Below the pieces are notes generated by a model that was not told the DNA's origin, did no database searches, and saw only the letters and a list, made by a program, of their open reading frames with translations. This document shows positions 1-8,890 of a stretch of 64,000 nucleotides of DNA, piece by piece. This stretch comes from Anaerolineales bacterium (GTDB taxonomy: Bacteria; Chloroflexota; Anaerolineae; Anaerolineales; Villigracilaceae), in NCBI GenBank assembly GCA_020847435.1, contig JADLBX010000018.1, positions 2,653-66,652 of the forward strand, read 5' to 3'. The first letter of the stretch is position 1. Every line of letters begins with the position of its first letter. The position numbers were made by a program, and so were the translations under genes.

Positions 1-2
1 TT

Positions 3-290
3 CGCGCGCCGATTTTATTTGCCATCGCCTACACAGCCTTTCTCTCCCTTGGACTTTCGTACACGCTTCAAGTCTGGGCGCAGAAGCACACCCCTCCCGC
101 CGACGCGGCGTTGATCCTGAGTCTCGAATCCGTTTTCGCGGTGTTGGCTGGTTGGCTCATACTCGACGAACGCCTCAACCTGATTCAACTCTTCGGCTGT
201 GTGATGATTTTCGTTGCAGTTGTGCTGTCGCAAGTCCGGCAATGGATTTCAGGTACAATTGACCGCGATCATTTGATCGAGGGACGCTGA
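3..290 (+). CDS. DMT/EamA family transporter, 3' part (5'-truncated by window)
   Basis: Frame 3 reads ...AYTAFLSLGLSYTLQVWAQKHTPPADAALILSLESVFAVLAGWLILDERL...EGR*, a typical EamA C-terminal repeat; not in the ORF track because it lacks a start. Confidence 0.85.
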   Translation, partial: RAPILFAIAYTAFLSLGLSYTLQVWAQKHTPPADAALILSLESVFAVLAGWLILDERLNLIQLFGCVMIFVAVVLSQVRQWISGTIDRDHLIEGR

Positions 291-352
291 TCTCGAAAAA
301 GATTCTGGGTCTGCTATTTTGGACAAGGCTTACCCGACCAAGAATATTCTTA

Positions 353-420
353 GCCACGAATTCACACGGATTTTCACTGATTTGTTTTTAATTTCCGTGT
401 AAATCCGTGAAATCTGTGGC
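353..420. repeat. Imperfect inverted repeat built of ~9-nt units (repeat family B)
   Basis: gccacgaattcacacggattttcactga...tttccgtgtaaatccgtgaaatctgtggc. Confidence 0.75.
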
Positions 421-468
421 AAAGGTTTTTGCTTTACTCCTTAATTACGATAGACCAAAATTCTTAAA

Positions 469-496
469 CCTTAGCGACCTTCGCGCCCTTAGCGGT
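469..496. repeat. Half-element of repeat family B
   Basis: ccttagcgaccttcgcgcccttagcggt resembles the right arm of the 2225-2291 hairpin. Confidence 0.6.
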
Positions 497-506
497 AAAC
501 AAAATT

Positions 507-1439
507 ATGACAGCCAAAGTAATCCTCAACCCTTACTCGAATCGCTGGAACTCACAGAAACGCTGGGCAGAAGCCGAAGCCGCGCTCAAATCCGCAGGCG
601 TGGATTTTGAGTTGGTCGTCTCGGAGCGCAAAGGACACATCATCGAACTCGCCGCGCAAGCCGCGCGTGAAAAATTCTCACCGATCATCGTCGCAGGCGG
701 GGATGGCTCGGTGGGCGACGCGGCAAATGGATTGATGCAGGCGCTCGCGCTGAGCGGAGCCGCAGGCGCAGACGAAGCGAAAAGAAACGAAGCGATTGGT
801 CCGCTGGGAATCATGCCGACGGGTTCCGCCAACGACATCGTCTACGCGCTCGGTCTGCCGACGAATCTGAACGAAGCCGCCCGCGTCATTGCGAGCGGGA
901 AGACGCGCGCAATGGACCTCGGTAAGTTCAACGGGAAATATTTTGTCAACAACTCGGGCGCAGGGCTGGAGCCGTACGTCACGATCAAGCACGAAAAAAT
1001 TAAATGGATCAAGGGCATTGCGCGCTATCTCGTCGCAGCGATGCAAGCCATCATGGACAAACCCGAATGGGCGGGAAGAATCAAATGGGACGACGACGAA
1101 TACGTTGGAAAATTTTCGTTCATCTCCATCGGCAACGGACGCCGCACAGGCGGATTCTTCATGACGCCTCATGCGAATCTGTTCGACGGGAAGTTGACTC
1201 TCGCCTTCGGCTACCGCGCCACCCGCCTCGGGCTCTTCCAAGCCCTGCCGCGCGCGTTCAATGAAGACAAGGGCAGTTACGTCGAGTTAGACGGGATGCG
1301 CGAAGTGAACTCGACCAAAATTTCCATCCATCTTGAATCGCCCTCTCCCGCCCACACCGACGGCGAATTGCTCAATGAATGGATTCAAGATTTTGAGTAT
1401 GAGATTTTGCCGAAGAAATTAAATGTATTAGTGAAGTAA
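507..1439 (+). CDS. Diacylglycerol kinase family (YegS/DagK-like) lipid kinase
   Basis: NP motif at N-terminus, AGGDGS, PTGSAND, GNGRRTGG and HTDGE motifs. Confidence 0.92.
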   Translation: MTAKVILNPYSNRWNSQKRWAEAEAALKSAGVDFELVVSERKGHIIELAAQAAREKFSPIIVAGGDGSVGDAANGLMQALALSGAAGADEAKRNEAIGPLGIMPTGSANDIVYALGLPTNLNEAARVIASGKTRAMDLGKFNGKYFVNNSGAGLEPYVTIKHEKIKWIKGIARYLVAAMQAIMDKPEWAGRIKWDDDEYVGKFSFISIGNGRRTGGFFMTPHANLFDGKLTLAFGYRATRLGLFQALPRAFNEDKGSYVELDGMREVNSTKISIHLESPSPAHTDGELLNEWIQDFEYEILPKKLNVLVK

Positions 1440-1440
1440 T

Positions 1441-1642
1441 CGGTGGTCGAGTAGTCCTGAGCGAAGCGCAGCGGAGACGAAGGACGTATCGAGACCACAG
1501 GTAAGCAAAGCAGTTTTTGTTGCAAGAATTTACTTGAACATCGCTGGTCTCGGTTTCGACAAGCTCAACCCAGCGGATACGCCCCGCACGCTTCGCCTTC
1601 GCTATCGCTCCGCTCAGCGCGTGCGGGGCTACTCGACCAGCG
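1441..1642. repeat. REPIN/MITE-like inverted pair of family A palindromes, with nested insertions in the right arm
   Basis: cggtggtcgagtag...gtatcgagaccac (1441-1498), ~43-nt spacer, inverted arm cgctggtctc...gatacgcc...ggctactcgaccagcg (1542-1642); homologous to 20677-20822. Confidence 0.85.
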
Positions 1643-1655
1643 GAACAAAAATGAA

Positions 1656-2219
1656 ATGACCGAACTCTCCTTTCACCCTCTCACCCGCAACCTCTGGAAC
1701 GACCTCGAAGAACTCTTCGGCTTGCACGGCGCGTGCGACGGTTGCTGGTGTATGCACTGGAAACTGCGCGGCAAAGCGTACGATGAAGCCAAAGGCTATG
1801 AGACGCGCCAATTGCACAAGGAGATCGTTGATTCGAAAACGGTCACGGGCTTGCTTGCCTATTTGCATGGCGACGTGGTGGGGTGGGTGGCTGTCGAGCC
1901 GCGCTCCGCTTATGAACGGCTGGCTCACTCACGCGTCCTAAAACCCGTTGACGAGAAGGAAGTCTGGTCTGTCCCGTGTTTTTTCGTCGCAAAGAAATTT
2001 CGCAGGCAGGGAATCAACGTCGAGTTGTTGAAAGCCGCCGTAGAGTACGTCCGATCGCAGGGCGGACGAATCGTGGAAGGTTATCCGATAGACAACGGCA
2101 AACAAATCCCCGCGCCGTTTGCTTTCACTGGCACAGCCTCCGCGTTCGTCAAAGCGGGCTTCAAAGAAGTCGCGCGCAACTCGCCCACGCGTCCCATTTT
2201 TCGGTATGTGATTGAGTGA
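1656..2219 (+). CDS. GNAT family N-acetyltransferase
   Basis: GCWCMHW N-terminal motif, CFFVAKKFRRQG acetyl-CoA motif, VEGYP, FVKAGF. Confidence 0.9.
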   Translation: MTELSFHPLTRNLWNDLEELFGLHGACDGCWCMHWKLRGKAYDEAKGYETRQLHKEIVDSKTVTGLLAYLHGDVVGWVAVEPRSAYERLAHSRVLKPVDEKEVWSVPCFFVAKKFRRQGINVELLKAAVEYVRSQGGRIVEGYPIDNGKQIPAPFAFTGTASAFVKAGFKEVARNSPTRPIFRYVIE

Positions 2220-2224
2220 TTATT

Positions 2225-2291
2225 AACCGCTAAGAACGCGAAGGTCGCCAAGATTTATTTTTTCTTTGCGTTCTTAGCGAGCTTCGCGGTT
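2225..2291. repeat. Family B hairpin (9-nt periodic arms)
   Basis: aaccgctaagaacgcgaaggtcgccaag...ctttgcgttcttagcgagcttcgcggtt. Confidence 0.8.
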
Positions 2292-2314
2292 AGAAGGTTT
2301 ATGTACGAGAAATT

Positions 2315-3580
2315 ATGTCCTTCCAAGATATTCGCAAGATTCGCAGGGGACTGAGCCCCGAGGAGATTCGTCTTCTCGGGTTGATTCTGCTAGGGATCAT
2401 CCTTTTGCTTGCGCTCAATATTTTTCTCGCTCGCATCTTGCCTGGCGGCGAATGGCTGTACTTGCGCTGGAACGGCGCGCGCGCGTATCTTTTTGAGCAA
2501 GTCGAGCCATACAGCACAACAGTTGCGGAACGCGTCCAACATTTGGTTTACGGGCGCAACGCGTTCTCAAGCGAATACGGCTACGTGTTGAACGATCCGT
2601 TTTACATCGTCTTGCTTTACACGCCTCTCGCGCTCTTCTCCGATTTCTCCCTTGCGCGCGGAATTTGGATGTTCCTCTCCGAAGCCGCGCTGATCGCCTC
2701 CGTCATCTTTTCGATTCGACTCTCCGAATGGGAGCCTCCGCGCTGGATTTACATTTCGCTCATCGCCTCCGCTATCTTTGGTTACTACAGTCTCCAGTCT
2801 CTAGTCTCCAATTCTCCTACCATCTTCCTTCTATTCATCTATCTCTCCATCCTCCTCGCCCTTCGCTCCTTCAACGACGAACTCGCGGGCGCGTTGCTTT
2901 TCCTCGTCGCTTATCAATGGGAAGTTGGCGCGGCATTCTTCCTTTTTATTTTGTTCGCCTCGATTGCAAGCAAACGCTGGCGGGCGCTCGGCGGTTTAGG
3001 AATGTCGCTGTTCATCCTGCTCGTGGTCTCGTTCCTTGCCTATCCGAGTTGGGGACTTCCCTATGTCCGCGCGGTTCTCTCCGATTGGTATCGCGGCGTG
3101 AACTTAAATTTGAATTCACATATTTCGTTTTGGTTTTCCAATTCGCGTTTTCCCATCGCTGCGTGGGTGGCTCTCTTGTTGGGTATGTTTGTTTTTCTTG
3201 AAACGCTTGGCGCGTTGCGCTCGAGTTTTCGCCGCATCTTCTGGGTCGCGGCCCTTTCGTTGGCGGTCACACCGTTGTTGGGCTTTGCCATCTTCCAATC
3301 GAATTATGTCGTTTTGCTCCCGGCGCTTGTCCTTGTGACTGCGCTGGTGTGGGAGCGTTGGCGTCGCCGCCGCGCGCTTGCCGCCGCTTTGGTTCTGATA
3401 ATCGCGTTCGCCGCGCCGTTCATCGTTTCCATTTACAATGTGACTATGAACGAACGCGTTTATTCCGCCCTGTTGACTCTTCTGCCGCCCGCCGCCGCGA
3501 TCGTCGCGCTGTATTGGATGCGTTGGCAAGCCGTACGCGCCTCGCGTCCGTGGATCGAACAAGTAGGGATTCGCCCATGA
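2315..3580 (+). CDS. Polytopic membrane glycosyltransferase, GT87/DUF2029-like (GT-C fold)
   Basis: About 10 hydrophobic helices; N-terminal loop ...EPYS...NDPFYIVLLYTPLALFSDFSLARGIWM typical of GT87-like proteins. Confidence 0.65.
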   Translation: MSFQDIRKIRRGLSPEEIRLLGLILLGIILLLALNIFLARILPGGEWLYLRWNGARAYLFEQVEPYSTTVAERVQHLVYGRNAFSSEYGYVLNDPFYIVLLYTPLALFSDFSLARGIWMFLSEAALIASVIFSIRLSEWEPPRWIYISLIASAIFGYYSLQSLVSNSPTIFLLFIYLSILLALRSFNDELAGALLFLVAYQWEVGAAFFLFILFASIASKRWRALGGLGMSLFILLVVSFLAYPSWGLPYVRAVLSDWYRGVNLNLNSHISFWFSNSRFPIAAWVALLLGMFVFLETLGALRSSFRRIFWVAALSLAVTPLLGFAIFQSNYVVLLPALVLVTALVWERWRRRRALAAALVLIIAFAAPFIVSIYNVTMNERVYSALLTLLPPAAAIVALYWMRWQAVRASRPWIEQVGIRP

Positions 3581-5175
3581 GCCGTCGCAATTACATCCTC
3601 CTCCTTCTCGTTGGTCTGATCGTCCCGTTTATCGTTTCGCGCTTCCAGGAATTGCCGGGCTACATGGACGCCGATTATTACTTCGCGGGCGGCATTCAAC
3701 TCGCGCAAGGCAAAGGCTTCACCGAACCTTACATTTGGAATTACCTCAGCGACCCGCAAGCGCTCCCGAATCCCTCACACACCTATTGGATGCCGCTCGC
3801 CTCGATCGTCTCCGCGTTGGGGATGTGGCTGACGGGTTCCGCGTCGTACGCGGCGGGACGCGCCCCGTTCATCCTCCTTTCAGCCTGCGTGCCGCTCCTC
3901 GTGGCGACTCTTGCCTTCAAGGTTTCTCACCGCTCGCGCTTCGCGTTGGTCTCCGGCTTGCTTTCGATCTTTTCGATGTATTACGCGCCGTTCATGCCGG
4001 TCCCCGATAATTACGCGCTCTACATGCTTCTCGGTGCGACGTTCCTGCTTCTTGCCCCTCGCTCCGAAAAATGGATTCCCATTGCGCTCGGCGCGCTGGC
4101 TGGCTTGCTCACCCTTGCGCGTAGCGACGGCTTGCTTTGGCTGGGTCTCGCGGGCTTGGTCATGTTTTGGAAGAACCAACTCTTTCTCCGCTGGCAAAAG
4201 GTCAAGATCGTGGAACCCGTTCGCACGACCATCCTCGTCCGCGGACTCTTGTTTTCGTGGTTGTTTGTGTTTATCGGCTACCTGCTCGTGATGGGATTTT
4301 GGCATTATCGCAATTACACCTTGTTCGGCTCGTTCCTCGCGCCGGGTGGGGGGCGGTTGCTCTGGCTTGAAAACTACAACCAGACCTTCATTTACCCTCC
4401 CGAGGCGCTTACCCGCGCAGGATTTTTGCAAGCCGGCTTGAGCGCCGCTTTGCAGGATCGAATCGCCGCCTTGCAAACGAACCTTTTCTATCATGCGTTT
4501 GGCGCGCAAGGCGAGATCTTTTTATTCCCGTTCATCCTGTTGGGGTTATGGCAAATACGCCGCAATTTGCGGGCGCGCGTTGCCGTCACCGGTTGGTTGA
4601 TGCTCTTTGTCGTGATGACAGTCGTTTTTCCGTTCGCGGGTCCGCGCGGCAGTTTCTTCCACGCGGGCGCGGCGTTCCAGCCGATGTGGTGGGTCGCCGC
4701 GCCAATCGGCTTGGACGCGGTCATCCACTGGGTCAGGCGGCGCGGCTATTTCCTGGACCGGAACGCCTCCATTGTGTTTCCCGCCGCGCTCGTGTTGCTT
4801 ACCGCGTTGATGACGCTTTATCTGGTCAACCTGCGAGTCGTTGCAAGCGGTTGGGCTCAGGATGATTCGATCTACCCGTCGGTGGAGAAAATGTTTCAGG
4901 ATAACGGGATCAGCCCGAACGACGTGGTGATCGTCCGCAATCCACCCGGCTATTTCATCGCTTCGGAGCGTCCCGCGCTGGCTCTGCCGTTTGGCGATGA
5001 GGCGACGATCCTCACGCTGGCGGAAAAATTCAACGCGCGGTATCTGGTTTTGGAAGAAAACGGCACGTTCGACGCGATCCAGGATCTGTACGATGAGCCG
5101 ACGATAAACCCGGCGTTTGAATATCTGGGAGAAGTGGATGGCGCGCGCCTCTACCGCATCGAAAGCGTTCGTTGA
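3577..5175 (+). CDS. ArnT/PMT-like (GT39/GT83) membrane glycosyltransferase
   Basis: True start MSRRNYILL overlaps the upstream stop (ATGA); YMDADYY loop after TM1, YWMPL, LAGLLTLARSDG, soluble C-terminal domain. Confidence 0.7.
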   Translation: MSRRNYILLLLVGLIVPFIVSRFQELPGYMDADYYFAGGIQLAQGKGFTEPYIWNYLSDPQALPNPSHTYWMPLASIVSALGMWLTGSASYAAGRAPFILLSACVPLLVATLAFKVSHRSRFALVSGLLSIFSMYYAPFMPVPDNYALYMLLGATFLLLAPRSEKWIPIALGALAGLLTLARSDGLLWLGLAGLVMFWKNQLFLRWQKVKIVEPVRTTILVRGLLFSWLFVFIGYLLVMGFWHYRNYTLFGSFLAPGGGRLLWLENYNQTFIYPPEALTRAGFLQAGLSAALQDRIAALQTNLFYHAFGAQGEIFLFPFILLGLWQIRRNLRARVAVTGWLMLFVVMTVVFPFAGPRGSFFHAGAAFQPMWWVAAPIGLDAVIHWVRRRGYFLDRNASIVFPAALVLLTALMTLYLVNLRVVASGWAQDDSIYPSVEKMFQDNGISPNDVVIVRNPPGYFIASERPALALPFGDEATILTLAEKFNARYLVLEENGTFDAIQDLYDEPTINPAFEYLGEVDGARLYRIESVR

Positions 5176-6610
5176 CTGGCGGATTCTCATCGCCGTCGCC
5201 GCGTTGCTGGCGGTGGGATTTTATTTGCTCCTCTCTGCGTTGACCCTTCGCGTCGGCTTCCCACTGGATGACGCGTGGATTCACCTGACCTACGCGCGCA
5301 ATTTTGCCGAACACGGCGAATGGGCATTTCGCCTCGGCGCGAATTCGGCTGGCTCCACCGCGCCGCTGTGGACGTTTCTGCTCTCCCTCGGTTTTTTCCT
5401 CCGCCTCGCGCCCTATTTCTGGACCTTTTTCCTCGGCTGGCTGACGCTCGCCGCGCTGGGAATTTCCGCTGAAACTTCGGCGCGCAAACTCGTGGGCTCG
5501 TATAAAACGAGCCTGCCCTGGGTGGGACTTTTTTTTGTGCTGGCGTGGCATCTCACATGGTCGGCTGTCTCCGGCATGGAGACCCTTCTGCATGGGTTAT
5601 TCATTTTTATCGCGCTTGCCGCGTTGCTCACGGGTACGCGTCGCTATCTCGCGCTTGGGGCGCTTGCCGGGTTGAGCGTGTGGGTGCGTCCCGATGGCGC
5701 GACCTTGCTCGGCCCGATTTTGTTTACCGCGTTGTTGGTCGAACATACATGGTCGGCGCGCGCAAAGGCGGCGTTCAATGTAGCGATGGGCTTCGGCGCG
5801 CTGTTTCTTTTTTACCTGCTCTTTAATCTCGCGTTGTCGGGCAACCCATTGCCGAACACGTTTTATGCGAAACAGGCAGAATACGCGGAATTTTGGCTTT
5901 CCAAACCCGCGTGGGAACGTATCGGCGACTATCTTTTGCCGATCCTTGCCAGCCCGTTCGTTGTTCTTCTGCCGGGCGCGGCTTGGTGGTTGATGAAAGC
6001 GATCTCTGCCCAGAATTGGGGCGCGCTCGCGGGGCTGATCTGGTTCGTCGGCTATTTTGCGCTGTATGCAATGCGCCTGCCTGCCTACCAGCATGGACGA
6101 TATCTCATCCCTGCCCTGCCGATTCTGTATTTTTGGGGGATGCTGGGCTTCGTCGAATTCATTAGCCGCGCCAAGTCGAATGCGCGTCTTGTATTTCTTT
6201 GGAAAAATCTTCTGATCGTTTTGTGCGCCGCTTTCACATTAATTGGCGCACAGCAAAATGCGCGCGATGTGTACTGGGTTGAAAGCGAGATGGTGTTGAC
6301 CGCAAATTGGGTCCGCCAAAACCTGCCGCCGGACGCGTTGCTTGCCGTTCACGATATTGGCGCGATCGGGTATTTTACCGACAACCCTCTGCTCGATCTG
6401 GCGGGATTGATCAACCCCGAGGTAATCCCATTCATCCGCGATGAAGCGCGGCTGGCGGAGTATCTCGACGCCAACGCCGCCGACTATTTGATCACGCTTC
6501 CAAGTTTTTACCCAAGCCTCACGCCCGGAAAAGAACCGATCTTCGTCGGCGGGGGAGATGAGAGCCGACCCGGCGAGGGCGAGCGCATGGCGGTTTATCC
6601 CTGGCGTTGA
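5138..6610 (+). CDS. GT-C type membrane glycosyltransferase (AftB/ArnT-like)
   Basis: GFPLDDAWIHLTYARN, GSTAPLW, SGMET, VRPDG, PNTFYAK, DIGAIGY..DLAGL motifs. Confidence 0.72.
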   Translation: MARASTASKAFVDWRILIAVAALLAVGFYLLLSALTLRVGFPLDDAWIHLTYARNFAEHGEWAFRLGANSAGSTAPLWTFLLSLGFFLRLAPYFWTFFLGWLTLAALGISAETSARKLVGSYKTSLPWVGLFFVLAWHLTWSAVSGMETLLHGLFIFIALAALLTGTRRYLALGALAGLSVWVRPDGATLLGPILFTALLVEHTWSARAKAAFNVAMGFGALFLFYLLFNLALSGNPLPNTFYAKQAEYAEFWLSKPAWERIGDYLLPILASPFVVLLPGAAWWLMKAISAQNWGALAGLIWFVGYFALYAMRLPAYQHGRYLIPALPILYFWGMLGFVEFISRAKSNARLVFLWKNLLIVLCAAFTLIGAQQNARDVYWVESEMVLTANWVRQNLPPDALLAVHDIGAIGYFTDNPLLDLAGLINPEVIPFIRDEARLAEYLDANAADYLITLPSFYPSLTPGKEPIFVGGGDESRPGEGERMAVYPWR

Positions 6611-6705
6611 AGCGTCACGAAACTGATATGGACATGTGAATTGCGTAAATTGCCCGTAGGTATCACCTGTGCTATACTCCCCTGCGATTGATTAAAAGGT
6701 TACTG

Positions 6706-7401
6706 ATGAATGAAATCACATTGATCGTTGCAGACGATCATCCTTTGTTTCGCCAGGGCGTCGTAGACGCGTTGTCGTTGGAGCGCGATTTTCGCGTGCT
6801 GGCGCAAGCCGCCAACGGGAGCGAAGCGTTCGACCAGATCGTCTCGCTTAAACCGCAGGTCGCCATTCTCGACGTGAACATGCCGGGCTTGAACGGTCAG
6901 CAGGTGACGCATCGAGTCGCGTCGGAGCATCTGCCTACGCGGATTGTTTTGTTGACGGGTTACGACGATATCGAACAGGCGATCCATGCCATGCTGGCTG
7001 GCGCCGGGGGCTATTGTGCGAAAGATATCGAGCCGCGCGTGCTTGCCAATATGGTGCGCGCCGTGGCGGAGGGGAAATTCGCGGTTGCGGGAAATGTTTT
7101 CAACCGCCGCGAACTTGACCATTGGATGGACGAACAGATCGAAGGCGCGCGGCGATCGTATAGCGAGCCTGGCGCGCCGTTTCATCCGCTGTCCGATCGC
7201 GAGATGGAAGTGCTGTCCTGCGTCGTGCGCGGCATGAGCAACAAGGAGATCGCCAGTTTGCTGGGCATCAGCCATCAAACGGTCAAAAACCATGTGACCT
7301 CCATCCTGCGCAAGTTCGGAGTGGAAGATCGGACTCAGGCGGTGGTGTATGCCCTCAAGCGCGGCTGGGTAAAATTGCAATTCGAGCAGGAACGGAATTA
7401 G
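6706..7401 (+). CDS. NarL/LuxR family response regulator, DegU-like
   Basis: ADDHPLFRQG receiver, LDVNMP; HTH LSDREMEVL...TVKNHVTSILRKFGVEDRTQAVVYALKRGWV. Confidence 0.93.
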   Translation: MNEITLIVADDHPLFRQGVVDALSLERDFRVLAQAANGSEAFDQIVSLKPQVAILDVNMPGLNGQQVTHRVASEHLPTRIVLLTGYDDIEQAIHAMLAGAGGYCAKDIEPRVLANMVRAVAEGKFAVAGNVFNRRELDHWMDEQIEGARRSYSEPGAPFHPLSDREMEVLSCVVRGMSNKEIASLLGISHQTVKNHVTSILRKFGVEDRTQAVVYALKRGWVKLQFEQERN

Positions 7402-7410
7402 GAGAACCCT

Positions 7411-8433
7411 ATGGTATTGGACGAGCCAACCACCGGCGAATTGAACCTCGAGACCGAACTCGACGAAACACAGCGGGCGCTGCGCGAAGTCACATTGATG
7501 ATCGAACAAAGCCAAGGGGAGGTTTCCAAACTATCCCAGCGTAATGCGGCGATCACCACGCACCTGCAACAAGTCCAAGGTCAACTGGAAAATATGCCGC
7601 AACAGGAGATCCGCAACGCGTACGATTCCGCGTTGGATGCGCAACAACGCTTGTTTGTAATGCGGGGACAATTGGAAAAACTTCAGAGTGAAAAAAACCA
7701 CCTCGAACGCTTCAAAACGACCTTGGAACGGGCGCGCGCCCTGGCGACCGGAGGCGGCGCCTCAGCCTCCGCTGGTGGGGCGAAAAGCCCAATGGCGAGC
7801 GTGGAAATGCTCGTCAACGCGCAGGAGACCGAACGACAGAGGCTTTCCCGCCAGATGCACGACGGACCCGCACAAGCCCTGTCTAATTTCATCTTGCAGG
7901 CTGAGATTGCCATGCGCCTCATGGAAGTGGACGTCAATCAAGCGCGCGATGAACTAAATAACCTGAAAACTTCCGCCATGGGCACGTTCCAAAAAGTCCG
8001 CAATTTCATATTTGAATTACGCCCCATGATGCTGGACGATCTCGGTCTCGCGCCGACCATCCGTCGTTACGCCGACGCCTTCAAAGAGCAGGCTGGGATG
8101 GACGTGAACGTGACGATCACCGGTAACGAACGCCGCCTTCAGCCGTATTTGGAGATCATGCTGTTCCGGGCAATTCAAGAACTGCTTGGGAATGCCGCGC
8201 GTCATGGGCAGGCAACGCAGGTCAAGATTTTGGTTGACATGGGCGATGACCGAATCCGCGTGAGTGTGGACGATAACGGTAAAGGCTTCGATCCCGACGC
8301 CTACCATCAGAGCAACAGTTTGGGGCTGAAGTTAATCCGTGAACGCGCTGAAATGATGGGCGGTAATTTTGAAATGGATAGCCAACCCGGCAAAGGCGCG
8401 CGTATTTCCTTCACCGTCTCAGCCAGGTCCTGA
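7411..8433 (+). CDS. Cytoplasmic sensor histidine kinase, DegS-like (coiled coil + HisKA_3 + HATPase_c)
   Basis: No TM helices; ERQRLSRQMHDGPAQALSN H-box, ELRPMMLDDLGL, DDNGKGFD. Confidence 0.92.
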   Translation: MVLDEPTTGELNLETELDETQRALREVTLMIEQSQGEVSKLSQRNAAITTHLQQVQGQLENMPQQEIRNAYDSALDAQQRLFVMRGQLEKLQSEKNHLERFKTTLERARALATGGGASASAGGAKSPMASVEMLVNAQETERQRLSRQMHDGPAQALSNFILQAEIAMRLMEVDVNQARDELNNLKTSAMGTFQKVRNFIFELRPMMLDDLGLAPTIRRYADAFKEQAGMDVNVTITGNERRLQPYLEIMLFRAIQELLGNAARHGQATQVKILVDMGDDRIRVSVDDNGKGFDPDAYHQSNSLGLKLIRERAEMMGGNFEMDSQPGKGARISFTVSARS

Positions 8434-8493
8434 TGTTTTCAAAGCCGTAAGGGGCGGATAACAGGATTGTAAGCGTCAGCAGGCTTGCAACTC

Positions 8494-8551
8494 TTGAAAT
8501 TCCGGGCGGATTGCGTACAATATGATTCAGAAATCGAGAACGGTTCTCGAT
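8494..8551 (+). promoter_or_regulatory. Putative sigma70 promoter of flp, followed by a perfect palindromic operator-like site
   Basis: TTGAAA(8494)-16 nt-TACAAT(8516); ATCGAGAAC-G-GTTCTCGAT at 8533-8551. Confidence 0.5.
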
Positions 8552-8586
8552 AAAAACCACCTCTTATTTAGAAAGGAATTACTGCC

Positions 8587-8736
8587 ATGTTATTCGCCCC
8601 CAAAGAAAAAGGTCAAGGCTTGGTCGAGTACGCCATTATCCTCGCCCTCGTCGCCATCGTGGTGATCGCGGTTATGCGTTTGCTCGGACCGAAGGTCGGC
8701 AACACCTTCAGCACCATCAACAGTTCGTTGCCGTAG
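8587..8736 (+). CDS. flp: Flp family type IVb/Tad pilin (49 aa, missed by ORF track)
   Basis: MLFAPKEKG|QGLVEYAIILALVAIVVIAV...LP*; G|xxxxEY Flp motif; RBS aaagga upstream. Confidence 0.95.
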   Translation: MLFAPKEKGQGLVEYAIILALVAIVVIAVMRLLGPKVGNTFSTINSSLP

Positions 8737-8758
8737 TCTTGAAATCCCCTCGATCTAA

Positions 8759-8792
8759 AGGACTCTGCCGTAAGGCAGAGTCCTACTTTTTT
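8759..8792 (+). terminator. Rho-independent terminator/stabilising hairpin after flp
   Basis: aggactctgcc-gtaa-ggcagagtcct followed by actttttt. Confidence 0.8.
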
Positions 8793-8890
8793 ACTAATTT
8801 GACATTTTCGTTTTGGGTTTATGCTGTATAATATTTCATCGTAGGTTATACCCACTTGACCGAAAAGTCGTCAAGAGAGGAGAAAAAAAT

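Noticed and set aside
3349-3576. Upstream extensions in the ORF track (3349, 8813, 17367, 18501, 23976, 55085, 60903)
   Set aside because: They overlap neighbouring genes or precede better-supported starts with an RBS or translational coupling.
8533-8551. LexA box at flp
   Set aside because: The half-sites are separated by 1 nt, not the 4 nt of GAAC-N4-GTTC.
8799-8832. TTGACA...TATAAT promoter for cpaB
   Set aside because: The spacing is 22 nt, so the two hexamers cannot form one canonical promoter.
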